Shown here one piece after another: positions 30,441 through 39,490 of a stretch of 64,000 nucleotides of DNA; within the stretch, counting starts at the first letter, position 1; each line of letters starts with the position of its first letter. Origin of the DNA: Chloroflexota bacterium (GTDB lineage Bacteria; Chloroflexota; UBA11872; VXNJ01); the NCBI GenBank assembly GCA_965261345.1, contig OZ253449.1, positions 1,664,001 to 1,728,000 on the forward strand, given 5' to 3'. Below the pieces are notes generated by a model. The model did not search any database. It saw nothing but the letters and a program-made list of their open reading frames with translations, and was not told where the DNA came from. The position numbers were made by a program, and so were the translations under genes.

Positions 30441-30809
30441 CTAGCGCCCGGAAGCCTGGCGGCGAATTGTGATGGTGGCCGCCGCCAAAACCGCGGCAAT
30501 CGGGGCCGACGGCTTGGTGATGGCCACCTCCACCGATTCAATCCGCGGCGAGAAATCCAATACCGCGCCGCAGATCCGCTCGCCCAGGTGCTCGAGCAGG
30601 TCTACCGACTGGCCCTCCATGACCTGCTTAACCCGGGCATATAGCGGCCCGTAATCGACCGCCTGGGAAAGATCGTCGGACCGCCCTGCGGCCGAAAAAT
30701 CACCGCTTGCGGTAAGGGTGACATAAAAGCGCTGCCCGAGTTTTTTCTCCTCCGGATGGGCACCGTGAAATGCATGGAATGCCATCTTTTCGAGGCGTAT
30801 CGAGTCCAC
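30441..30809 (-). CDS. folB: Dihydroneopterin aldolase
   Basis: FHGAHPEEKKLGQRF, DDLSQAVDY, LLEHL, KPSAP. Confidence 0.93.
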   Translation of the reverse strand: MDSIRLEKMAFHAFHGAHPEEKKLGQRFYVTLTASGDFSAAGRSDDLSQAVDYGPLYARVKQVMEGQSVDLLEHLGERICGAVLDFSPRIESVEVAITKPSAPIAAVLAAATITIRRQASGR

Positions 30810-30833
30810 CCTAGCCGTCCGTCGGGGGGGTCG

Positions 30834-32225
30834 TCACTGGCGCCGCCAGCCGGTCCCGTCGGCAAGATCTTCGATCACGTACCCCAGCTCTCCCAGCGAA
30901 TCGCGGATCTGGTCGGCCATCGCAAAATTCCTCTCGCGGCGCAGCCGGGTACGCAACTCGACCAGCAGGTCGACCAGGGCGCCGGCGCCGGCGTCGGCGT
31001 CGGTCGGCTCGGCCAGGTCGATCCCCAGGACCGAGATCAGACCCTGGTAAACCGCCAGCGCCAGGTCGCGCCCGCCAGGCGAGATCGCTCCGGCGCAACG
31101 ATTTATTTCGCGCGCCAGATTAAATATCACCGCGACCGCCCGGGTGGTGTTTAAGTCGTCGTTCATGGCCGCGGCAAATTGTGTCCGGGCCAGTTCGGAA
31201 GCGGCCGCCAACTCGGGGTCCTTGGTTTCCTGGCCGGGGGCGGCCACCGCGACCCGCAGCGGACCGCGCAGCCTGGCCAGTCCGGCCTGGGCCTGGGGAA
31301 TCGAGTCGTCCCCGAAGTCGACCAGCGAGCGGTAATGGGTCGATACCAGGTACAGGCGCAAGGCGGCCGGCTCGACCGTACCGAGCAGGTCTTCCAGGGT
31401 CGTGAAATTGCCGAGTGAATGGCCCATCTTCTCGCCACCGGTCCGCAGGATTCCAACGTGGAACCAGCAACCGGCGAACCGCTCGACCCCGAAACCGGCC
31501 TCGGCCTGGGCGCATTCGTTCTCGTGGTGCGGAAAGATCAGGTCGGAGCCACCGGCATGGATGTCGATCGTGGGGCCCAGGTGGGCCATGACCATTGAAG
31601 AGCACTCGATATGCCAACCGGGTCGGCCCGCCCCCCAGGGACTGTCCCAGAAGATCTCGCCCGGTTTGTGGCGTTTCCACAGGGCAAAATCGCGCGGATT
31701 ACGTTTTTCCTCGTCGACGGCCACCCGGGCCCCGGCCAGCTGCTCTTCCCCGCGACGGCCCGAGAGATAGCCGTAATTGGGCCAGCTATCAACCTCGAAA
31801 TAGACGCCGGTCGAGGTCGCATAAGCATGGCCGCGTTCGATTAGTACCGATACGCAATTAATGATCGCTTCGAGGTTGTCAGTTACCCGTGGATACATAT
31901 GGGCGCGCTGAACGCCCAACCGGTCCATGACTGCAAAATAGGCGTCCGAGTTGGTCCGGGCCAGCTCCAGCGGGTCGCGACCCTGATCGCGCGCGCGATC
32001 GATGATCTTGTCGTCAACATCGGTAAAGTTCTGCGCGTGGGCGACCTCGTGCCCGAGGAATTCGAGCCAGCGGCGCAAGACGTCAACCATTACAAACACC
32101 CGGGCGTGCCCAATATGAGGCTTGTCCTTCGGGGTCATCCCGCAGGCGTATAGCGATACGCTCTTGCCCTGGCCGCCGACCGTAATCAGCTTGCGGGTGG
32201 CCGTATCGCGGATCCTCAGGCCCAG
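30834..32225 (-). CDS. cysS: Cysteine--tRNA ligase (start inferred at CTG 32225 or 32219)
   Basis: In-frame RIRDT..SLYACG upstream of the first ATG; HIGH, NFTDVDDKII, DFALWK, GRPGWHIECS, FPHHENE. Confidence 0.94.
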   Translation of the reverse strand: MGLRIRDTATRKLITVGGQGKSVSLYACGMTPKDKPHIGHARVFVMVDVLRRWLEFLGHEVAHAQNFTDVDDKIIDRARDQGRDPLELARTNSDAYFAVMDRLGVQRAHMYPRVTDNLEAIINCVSVLIERGHAYATSTGVYFEVDSWPNYGYLSGRRGEEQLAGARVAVDEEKRNPRDFALWKRHKPGEIFWDSPWGAGRPGWHIECSSMVMAHLGPTIDIHAGGSDLIFPHHENECAQAEAGFGVERFAGCWFHVGILRTGGEKMGHSLGNFTTLEDLLGTVEPAALRLYLVSTHYRSLVDFGDDSIPQAQAGLARLRGPLRVAVAAPGQETKDPELAAASELARTQFAAAMNDDLNTTRAVAVIFNLAREINRCAGAISPGGRDLALAVYQGLISVLGIDLAEPTDADAGAGALVDLLVELRTRLRRERNFAMADQIRDSLGELGYVIEDLADGTGWRRQ

Positions 32226-32336
32226 TGGGTGATCCTAGTTCTCATGGCGTCAAATCCAGGATGGGGCCCAAGTCGCAGTGTCTTGGACGCCCGGAAATTT
32301 TAAATGGGATCGGCCGGCCACCCGTCCAGAACCGGC

Positions 32337-32825
32337 CTAGCGGCCCATCTTGGAGAGCAGGACCACGCAGTTGGCGGCGATCGCCTGCGAACTCCCAATC
32401 GGCCCCAATCCCTCGGCGGTCTTGGCCTTTACGCTGAACCGGACCGGGGTGACACTGGTGATTCCGCCGATTCGCGACGACATCATGTACAGACGCGGCG
32501 CGATTTTGGGGGTTTCGAGATGGATCGTCATGTCAGCGTGCTCGATCCGCCAGCCGAGTTTGCGCACGCTGTTGTGGACCTCCCAAAGCAGGTCGGCCGA
32601 ATTGGCGCCGGCCCAGGCGTCGTCGGTATCGGGAAATACCCGTCCGATGTCGCCCATCTGGGTCGCCCCCAGGAGAGCGTCGATTAGCGCGTGCAGTCCG
32701 ACGTCGGCGTCGGAATGACCGACCGCCGTAAACGGCGCGTCGATGTCGATCCCGCAGATCCGCAACGGACCGCCGGGGGCCAGGCGATGGATGTCGTATC
32801 CCTGTCCGATACGTTTTTGGGTCAC
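32337..32825 (-). CDS. ispF: MEcPP synthase
   Basis: GQGYDIH, HSDADV..HALIDALLGA, DIG..FP, KAKTAEGLG. Confidence 0.95.
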   Translation of the reverse strand: MTQKRIGQGYDIHRLAPGGPLRICGIDIDAPFTAVGHSDADVGLHALIDALLGATQMGDIGRVFPDTDDAWAGANSADLLWEVHNSVRKLGWRIEHADMTIHLETPKIAPRLYMMSSRIGGITSVTPVRFSVKAKTAEGLGPIGSSQAIAANCVVLLSKMGR

Positions 32826-32836
32826 GGTTTGGCTCC

Positions 32837-33553
32837 TTAGCCCGAGCGTTTGGCGTGTTGGTGGTCGGGGTGAATCGCCCGGGCCTGGGCAAGATCGCCC
32901 TGGCTGGTGATTTTCAGATTAGTCTCTGCGCCTTCGTATACCGCAACCGGGTGGCCGCAATGTCGCAGCAGCGAGGCCTCGTCGGTGAAGCGGTCAAGTT
33001 CGCCCCGCAGACGGCGATGGCACTGGAGCAGCAGCTGGCGTTTGGCGATCTGCGGCGTTTGCGCCAGGTAGCTGCGCGCCCGATCCGGTGATTGGACTAT
33101 CCGGCCGCCGCCATCTACGATCTGGACCGTGTCGGTGGCCCGGAGGGCGGCGATTACGGCTCCATGCCGGGACGCCGCCGCCAGGCCGTCGTCGATTAGT
33201 CGTGGGGTTAGAAATGGCCGGGCCGCGTCGTGGACGAGCGCCCACTCCCAATCGCCCGCGGCCGCCTCGAGGCCGGACAACGTCGAGATTGAGCGGCAGT
33301 CCCCGCCCTTGCAGGGAGGCAGCAGCTTGTCGCTGCCCGACCGATCAGCGATTTGGCCCAGCCAGGCAAGATTGTCCGGCGAGCCGACTATCTGGATCGC
33401 GCTAACTGCCGGGCTGGCGATCAATGCCGCCAGCGCCAGGTCGGCCACCGCGCGGCCGGCAATTTCCTCGCGCAGCTTGTCGGCCCCGAAACGCCGGGAA
33501 GCGCCGCCGGCCAACAGGACCGCCAGGCAACTTTCGGCCGATCGATTGCCCAT
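32837..33553 (-). CDS. ispD: MEP cytidylyltransferase
   Basis: LLAGGASRRFG..K, HDAARP, QTPQ, TDEASL, NLKIT; start at ATG 33553. Confidence 0.92.
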   Translation of the reverse strand: MGNRSAESCLAVLLAGGASRRFGADKLREEIAGRAVADLALAALIASPAVSAIQIVGSPDNLAWLGQIADRSGSDKLLPPCKGGDCRSISTLSGLEAAAGDWEWALVHDAARPFLTPRLIDDGLAAASRHGAVIAALRATDTVQIVDGGGRIVQSPDRARSYLAQTPQIAKRQLLLQCHRRLRGELDRFTDEASLLRHCGHPVAVYEGAETNLKITSQGDLAQARAIHPDHQHAKRSG

Positions 33554-33593
33554 CGTCAATCGGCCAGCCCGGCCGGATCGCCGCGATCGCCGG

Positions 33594-36059
33594 CTAGGCC
33601 TCGATCGGTTGCAGGACGTTGGTGGCCAATTCGTCGCCGGCGCGATCAACGACGACTTTGGCGCCGCTAACCAATTCGCCGGCCAACAGGGTTTCGGCCA
33701 ACGGGTCCTCGAGCAATTGTTGGATGATGCGCCGCAGCGGACGCGCCCCAAAATCCGGATCGTAGCCGCGTTCGGCCAATAGCCCCAGGGCCGCGACAGA
33801 GAGATCGAGCTCGACTTCGAGCTCGCGCAATCGGGCACGAAGGTGTTCGAGCTCAAGATCGACGATGCGATCGATATCAGCTCGTCCGAGCGAGCGGAAC
33901 ACGACCGAGGCATCGATCCGGTTTAGAAATTCGGGCCTGAAGGCCTTGCGCAACTCACTGGTTACCTTGGACTTCATTTCGCGATAGAAATCTTCTTCGG
34001 CCGCCGCCTCGACCGCTCCGGAAAAACCCAGTCCGCCGGCGCGCTTGATCTGCTTGGCCCCGATGTTGGAGGTCATGATCAAAACCGTGTTGCGGAAGTC
34101 GACGGTGCGGCCCTTGGAATCGGTCAGGCGACCGTCTTCCATCAACTGCAGCAGGACGTTGAAAACGTCGGGGTGGGCCTTTTCGATCTCATCGAGCAGG
34201 ATCACCGAATAGGGTCGCCGCCGGGCGGCCTCGGTCAATTGACCGGCATCTTCATAACCGATGTAGCCGGGTGGGGCCCCGACCAAGCGCGATACGGAAT
34301 GCCGCTCCATGTATTCGGACATGTCGATCCGAATTAGGGCTTCCTGGCTGCCGAACAGGAATTCGGCCAGGGCCCGCGCCAGCAGGGTCTTGCCCACGCC
34401 GGTCGGTCCCATGAATATGAAACTGCCGATCGGGCGCTTCGGGTCCTTGAGGCCCGCCCGTGCCCGTCGAACCGCCTTGGACAGGGTGGCGATAGCCTCA
34501 TCCTGGGAAATTACCGTGCGGTGCAATTCGTCTTCCATATGCAGCAGCCGCTTGGACTCCTCCTCGGCGATCCGGTGGACCGGGATTCCGGTCCAAACCG
34601 AGACGACCTGGGCCACGTCCTCTTCGAGCACCTGGGGGATCTCGCGGGCCCGGGTATCGAGCCATTGGGCTTCCATCGCCTCGGCCTTGGCCCGCATTGT
34701 CCGCTCCTGCTCGCGCAGTTCGTCGGCTTCGTCGAACTCCGATCGGGAGATTGCCGCGTCCTTGCGGCGGACCAGCTCTTCGACTTGTTTTTGCATATTG
34801 CGAAGGGCCAGCGAGGTCGATCCCGCGCGGATGTTGACCCGCGCCGCGGCCTCATCGATCACGTCGATCGCCTTGTCCGGCAGGAAGCGGTCGGTCACAT
34901 AGCGGCCGGCCATCTCCGAGGCCGAAACGACCGCCTCGTCGGTGATCTTGACGCTGTGGTGTTCCTCGTAGCGCGATCGCACGCCGAGCAGGATTGCGGT
35001 CGTCTCTTCAATCGTCGACTCGCGCACTCGGACCTGCTGAAAGCGCCGCTCCAGGGCCGCGTCGCGTTCAACGTATTTGCGAAATTCGTCGGCGGTGGTG
35101 GCCCCGATGCACTGTAGTTCGCCCCGGGAAAGCGCCGGTTTGAGAATATTGGCGGCATCGATCGCCCCCTCGGCGGCACCGGCCCCGACCAGGGTGTGCA
35201 ACTCGTCGATGAATATCACGCAGTCGTTGGAACTGCGGATCTCCTCGATAACCTTCTTGAGCCGCTCCTCGAACTCGCCGCGGTATTTGGTGCCGGCCAC
35301 CAGCAACCCGATGTCGAGGGTAAGCAGGCGGCGGTCCTTGAGGCTCTCTGGTATGTCGCCGGCCACGATCTTCTGGGCCAGGCCCTCCACGATCGCGGTC
35401 TTGCCTACTCCGGGGTCGCCGACCAGCGCCGGGTTGTTCTTGGTACGTCGCGAAAGGATGTGAATCACCCGGTCAATCTCGTTTTCGCGGCCGATGACCG
35501 GATCGAGCTCGTCGCGCCGGGCGGCGGCAGTCAGGTCGATCCCCAGTGAATCGAGGGTAGGTGTCGCCGAGGTCTTGCGGCGGGCGGCGCGTCCGCGGCG
35601 CTTGGGCTCCATCGCCCCCTGCGAGACCACTCGCACGACCTGGGCACGAACTTTTTCCAGGTTCACGCCCAAACTCTCCAGTACTCCGGCGGCAATACCC
35701 TCGCCCTCGCGCACCAATCCCAATAGCAGGTGCTCGGTACCGATGTAGTTGTGGCCCAGGCGTCTGGCTTCCTCGACCGCCAGCTCGATTACGCGTTTGG
35801 CGCGTGGAGTCAGGTTGATGTCGGCAATGACCACTTTTTCGCCACGGCCGATGATAAATTCAACCGCCGAGCGCACCTTATTTAGTTCGACTCCCAGGTT
35901 CCCCAGCGCCTTGGCGGCGATGCCGTCGCCCTCGCGCAAAAGCCCCAGCAACAGATGCTCGGTGCCGATGTAGGTGTGGTTGAAGCGGGTGGCCTCGTCT
36001 TGGGCGTAGACGAGCACCTTTTTGGCGCGTTCGGTGAACTTGTCTAATCGCTCGTTCAC
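33594..36059 (-). CDS. clpC: ATP-dependent Clp protease ATPase ClpC
   Basis: Two Clp-N repeats ([10 protein letters not shown]), [16 protein letters not shown]-type M-domain, [17 protein letters not shown] loop. Confidence 0.96.
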   Translation of the reverse strand: MNERLDKFTERAKKVLVYAQDEATRFNHTYIGTEHLLLGLLREGDGIAAKALGNLGVELNKVRSAVEFIIGRGEKVVIADINLTPRAKRVIELAVEEARRLGHNYIGTEHLLLGLVREGEGIAAGVLESLGVNLEKVRAQVVRVVSQGAMEPKRRGRAARRKTSATPTLDSLGIDLTAAARRDELDPVIGRENEIDRVIHILSRRTKNNPALVGDPGVGKTAIVEGLAQKIVAGDIPESLKDRRLLTLDIGLLVAGTKYRGEFEERLKKVIEEIRSSNDCVIFIDELHTLVGAGAAEGAIDAANILKPALSRGELQCIGATTADEFRKYVERDAALERRFQQVRVRESTIEETTAILLGVRSRYEEHHSVKITDEAVVSASEMAGRYVTDRFLPDKAIDVIDEAAARVNIRAGSTSLALRNMQKQVEELVRRKDAAISRSEFDEADELREQERTMRAKAEAMEAQWLDTRAREIPQVLEEDVAQVVSVWTGIPVHRIAEEESKRLLHMEDELHRTVISQDEAIATLSKAVRRARAGLKDPKRPIGSFIFMGPTGVGKTLLARALAEFLFGSQEALIRIDMSEYMERHSVSRLVGAPPGYIGYEDAGQLTEAARRRPYSVILLDEIEKAHPDVFNVLLQLMEDGRLTDSKGRTVDFRNTVLIMTSNIGAKQIKRAGGLGFSGAVEAAAEEDFYREMKSKVTSELRKAFRPEFLNRIDASVVFRSLGRADIDRIVDLELEHLRARLRELEVELDLSVAALGLLAERGYDPDFGARPLRRIIQQLLEDPLAETLLAGELVSGAKVVVDRAGDELATNVLQPIEA

Positions 36060-36190
36060 GTTACAACCCCAATCAGCTTCGGTTACCCAATTTTGACCAA
36101 TGATCGGCCAGAAATCGCCATTAAGCCAACTCTATTGCCATTGCCGGAGCTAATCCGCGCTCCGCTTGCCCTAAATTCGACTCCGGCGGT

Positions 36191-37414
36191 TTAGTCGGGA
36201 GCCGAGTATTCGGCAGTGCCAACGATCGTTCCGCCGGCGCCGTCAGCGCGCTCTGGAGGGGTGACATCGGGGGTTGCAGAGGCTTCGGACGGGAGCAGGC
36301 GAATCCGCCGCCGCCGGGTTTCGATATTTAATATCTTGAATTTTCGAACGTCGGCCTCACGGAAACCCACCATCGCCCCGTCGTCAACGTCGGCAACATG
36401 GGCCAGTCCCTCGATGCCGTCGGCCAACCGTACGAACACGCCGAAGGTGGCTAGGTTGGTCACCGTGCCGTCGACGACCTGCTCGACCGCAAAGCGGGTT
36501 TCGATATCTTTCCAGGGATCGGACTTGGTGCGGCGGATGCTGAGCGCGATTTTCTTGTCGACGCGGTCTAACGCCAGGATGTAGACATCTATTTCCTCGC
36601 CCGGCTTTAGCACCTCGGCGGGATCATTGACTCGACTCCAGGCCAACTCCGATATGTGGGCCAGACCGTCGGCGCCGCCGAGGTCTATGAATGCGCCAAA
36701 GGTCGCCAGATTGGACACCCGGCCCTTGACCACCTGTCCGACCTTGAAGCGATCCAGCAGGGCGTCACGTCGCTTGGCCCGGGCCTCGCGTTCGGCCGCA
36801 CGCTCGGAGAGGATCAAGCGGTTACGGCGCTTATCCATTTCGATGATCTTGACGCGAATCGTGCGACCCACCAGCGAGGAGAGCAACTCGATGAGCTCAT
36901 CGCGCTGATCGCGCGGGATCGAGGGGCCAAGCGAGGTCAGCTGTGACATCGGCACGAATCCGCGTGGGCCGATATCTACCAGCACTCCACCCTTGTTGAA
37001 TTCGGTCACCTTGGTTTCAACCACGGTGCCTTCCTCGTAGATTTTCTCAGTCTGCCGCCAGAGTTTTTCCTGGAAGGCCCGGCGGATCGATAGCATCGCC
37101 GCGGCATCGCCCTCGGGCTGCAGCACGAAGACGTCGATCTCATCGCCGATTGACAGATCGAGGCGATCGTCCATGTAGTGGGGGTCGAACAGCTCACGAC
37201 CGACCACCACGCCTTCGGATTTGAGGCCGACATCGATCATTACTTCTTCGCCGGAGATTCGCATAACCCGGCCAGTGACCAATTCGCCGCGCGAAACCAG
37301 CTTTACTTCATGGACCCCGTGGTCGAGCAGATCGCCCATGCCGGAGAGTGTTTCGTAGTCGGTGTCCGGCGCAATCTCGCGTATGTGACGCCTGATTGCA
37401 GTTGGCGTCGCCAA
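36191..37414 (-). CDS. rpsA: 30S ribosomal protein S1 (4 S1 domains)
   Basis: DVGLKSEG, NKGGVLV..GFVPMSQ, FGAFIDLGGADGLAHISEL, FGVFV..GIEGLAH. Confidence 0.9.
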   Translation of the reverse strand: MATPTAIRRHIREIAPDTDYETLSGMGDLLDHGVHEVKLVSRGELVTGRVMRISGEEVMIDVGLKSEGVVVGRELFDPHYMDDRLDLSIGDEIDVFVLQPEGDAAAMLSIRRAFQEKLWRQTEKIYEEGTVVETKVTEFNKGGVLVDIGPRGFVPMSQLTSLGPSIPRDQRDELIELLSSLVGRTIRVKIIEMDKRRNRLILSERAAEREARAKRRDALLDRFKVGQVVKGRVSNLATFGAFIDLGGADGLAHISELAWSRVNDPAEVLKPGEEIDVYILALDRVDKKIALSIRRTKSDPWKDIETRFAVEQVVDGTVTNLATFGVFVRLADGIEGLAHVADVDDGAMVGFREADVRKFKILNIETRRRRIRLLPSEASATPDVTPPERADGAGGTIVGTAEYSAPD

Positions 37415-37510
37415 GTGTGGGTAGTCCTATGGGTCGGTCGGTTTTTGCTAATTCGATCCAGAATCAAAGACCGCCCCCAAAAACCTGTAAAGAGGCGGCG
37501 TTCGAACCGG

Positions 37511-37516
37511 ATTATA
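37511..37516 (-). promoter_or_regulatory. Candidate -10 box (TATAAT) for rpsA
   Basis: Perfect TATAAT on the minus strand about 97 nt upstream of rpsA; no clear -35. Confidence 0.45.
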
Positions 37517-37558
37517 GGTGAGCCTGCCGGCAATTTCCGGACCGTCCGGTCCGGCGGC

Positions 37559-39490
37559 CTAGAGGTGCCGAATGCGTTCTTCGACCGCGGTCCTTATGAT
37601 GTTGGGCAACGCCGCAACATCTTCGATCACCGCCCCGGCGCAGGATGCCAGCGGCTTGTCGTTGTAGGTGGGCTGGTAGGCCAACTGGAATTCCGACTTG
37701 ACCACTCCGACACCGAAGGCCAGGACCTTGTAGCGCTGGTCGGGCCGGCCGGCCCGGTTGTTGCGGTGCATGTCGATGAGGGCGCGCCGGAGGAGTGCCG
37801 GGTCGGAGCTGATTCCGTCGGTTACCACGAAGATGCTCTTTAGGCCCGGTTGCGAGCGCGAGCGCTCCAGGGCGGCCGCTAGGGCGCCGGAATCGTCGGT
37901 GTCCTTGTGATCTAGGTCGTAGAGGCGTTTGAATATTTCCGAGTGATCGCGGGGTTCGTAGGGTGCTGCCCGCCCCGAGAGCTGCCGCGGCCATTTGCAG
38001 TCCGCAAAGGCCCAAAGCGGTGTTATCTGCGAGGAGAAGGCGATCACCTCGAACGGGATCCGCAGGCGTTCATGGATTTCGATGAAAAGGATCGCCGAAT
38101 CGGCTAGGCGGTCGAATTTGCGGGTGGGGTAACCCTTCTGCACCATCGAACCCGAGATGTCGAGCAGGATCAAGCTGGCAAAGTCGCGCTGGCGGTCATT
38201 GCGCGGTACTCGCAGGCCCTTGAGGAATGCGTTCAACGGGTCGGTCAACAGGCGCTCGGGCCGCTGCAGGTCGATATTGCCGGTCTCGCCCGACCGGCGC
38301 TTGCGAGGACGACGTTGGGCGTCGGTGTCGCCCTGCCGACGACGGTCCATGATCTGTTCCAACCCCGGCCGGCGACCGTCGCCTTTGATGGTGGTCTCGA
38401 TCCCTGGGCGCAGGCGCTCGACCGCCGCCAGGTAGTCGAAATTCTCGTAATCGACGCGGTCGTTTTCCTCGCCGCGGCGCAGCGCATCAACCATATCGCT
38501 GGCCCAGCGCGGGTTGCTTCTGGCGTTGCGGTCGAGCATCCGGCGCCGGACCGAGCGGGCCGAGATCGCCCGGCGCTGCTGGACCCGCTGCTGGGCGCGT
38601 TTGACCGCCTGCGACCCGCCGGCGCCCTCGCGCAACTGAATGGTCTCTTCGCCGATCTCACCCTCGCCGACCTCGGCGTTGGCCCGGGCGGCCTGGGCGT
38701 CGGCCTCGTTGGCGGCCGCGTTGGGTTGACCGGCGTCCTCGCCGGCCGGCCGGTCGGTCTGTTGCGAGAGCGCCTCCCATTCCCCGATCAGGCCGGCATA
38801 CACTGCCGCGGTGCGTCCGGAGAGGCGTTTTAGCAAACCCTCCAGGTCGTCGGCGCCGGCCGCCCGCTCGAGATCACGGCGGGTCTGGTCCAGCGCATCC
38901 TGGACCAGTTGCGGAGTAAACGGGGTCTGGGTGTTGCCGGGCCAACGCCGGTTGGCCCAGTTCGCCGTCAATGCGTCGAGGAAGAGGTGGTGGGCTGGAC
39001 GCAGGAACCCGCTGCTGTCGGTGGGGGCGGCGACATCGGAACGCGGATCCAGGTCGGGCAGCAGGCGGTATAGCTCGACAAAGTAGGGTTCGGCTCCCGG
39101 ACGGTTTTGGAGGTAGCGGTCGTTGACGCGCAAATCGTTGACCGCGCTAACTAGCAGGCGCATCGAGTCGGCCGAATAGCCGTGGCGACGCTGGCCCCGC
39201 AGCCATTGTTCGATCCTCCGCCGCCCGGCCGCGCCGGTGTGGAATGCCTCGGCCACAAGGTGGCACATCCCGCCGATCAATCGCCGATCCGGCCAGATCC
39301 GGGTCAGCTGTTCGGGGTAGGTGATCAGCTGATGATCGGGGAGATAGCCCCACCATTGCCCGGGCAGGACGGCAATTCGCCGATCGCCGATGATTAGCCG
39401 GGTTGCCAGTTCCAGTTCACCCGGATCGAGGCCGGCCGACTTGGCCGGCTGCGATCCGGTTACGGCCGCGAGATGTTCAGGCGATACCAT
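37559..39490 (-). CDS. CobT/NorD/CbbO-like VWA (MIDAS) domain protein, 643 aa
   Basis: C-terminal LILLDISGSM..FEVIAFS..T..FVVTDG..LAFGVG; N-terminal VNDLRVN (cf. the EDxRxx motif of CobT-like proteins) and an acidic linker; ATG overlaps the AAA gene by 14 nt. Confidence 0.8.
   Translation of the reverse strand: MVSPEHLAAVTGSQPAKSAGLDPGELELATRLIIGDRRIAVLPGQWWGYLPDHQLITYPEQLTRIWPDRRLIGGMCHLVAEAFHTGAAGRRRIEQWLRGQRRHGYSADSMRLLVSAVNDLRVNDRYLQNRPGAEPYFVELYRLLPDLDPRSDVAAPTDSSGFLRPAHHLFLDALTANWANRRWPGNTQTPFTPQLVQDALDQTRRDLERAAGADDLEGLLKRLSGRTAAVYAGLIGEWEALSQQTDRPAGEDAGQPNAAANEADAQAARANAEVGEGEIGEETIQLREGAGGSQAVKRAQQRVQQRRAISARSVRRRMLDRNARSNPRWASDMVDALRRGEENDRVDYENFDYLAAVERLRPGIETTIKGDGRRPGLEQIMDRRRQGDTDAQRRPRKRRSGETGNIDLQRPERLLTDPLNAFLKGLRVPRNDRQRDFASLILLDISGSMVQKGYPTRKFDRLADSAILFIEIHERLRIPFEVIAFSSQITPLWAFADCKWPRQLSGRAAPYEPRDHSEIFKRLYDLDHKDTDDSGALAAALERSRSQPGLKSIFVVTDGISSDPALLRRALIDMHRNNRAGRPDQRYKVLAFGVGVVKSEFQLAYQPTYNDKPLASCAGAVIEDVAALPNIIRTAVEERIRHL

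Noticed and set aside
33554-33913. Long N-terminal extensions on ispD (also VWA 39491-39586, CE7 copy 2 14992-15204, nucleoside hydrolase 55948-56097)
   Set aside because: They overlap neighbouring real genes in another frame or strand and show no family resemblance; longest-ORF artefacts.
36083-36155. CtsR-like GGTCAAA-ATT-GGGTAAC and CIRCE-like fragments upstream of clpC
   Set aside because: Only one good half-site, no intact CIRCE, and no ctsR in the window.
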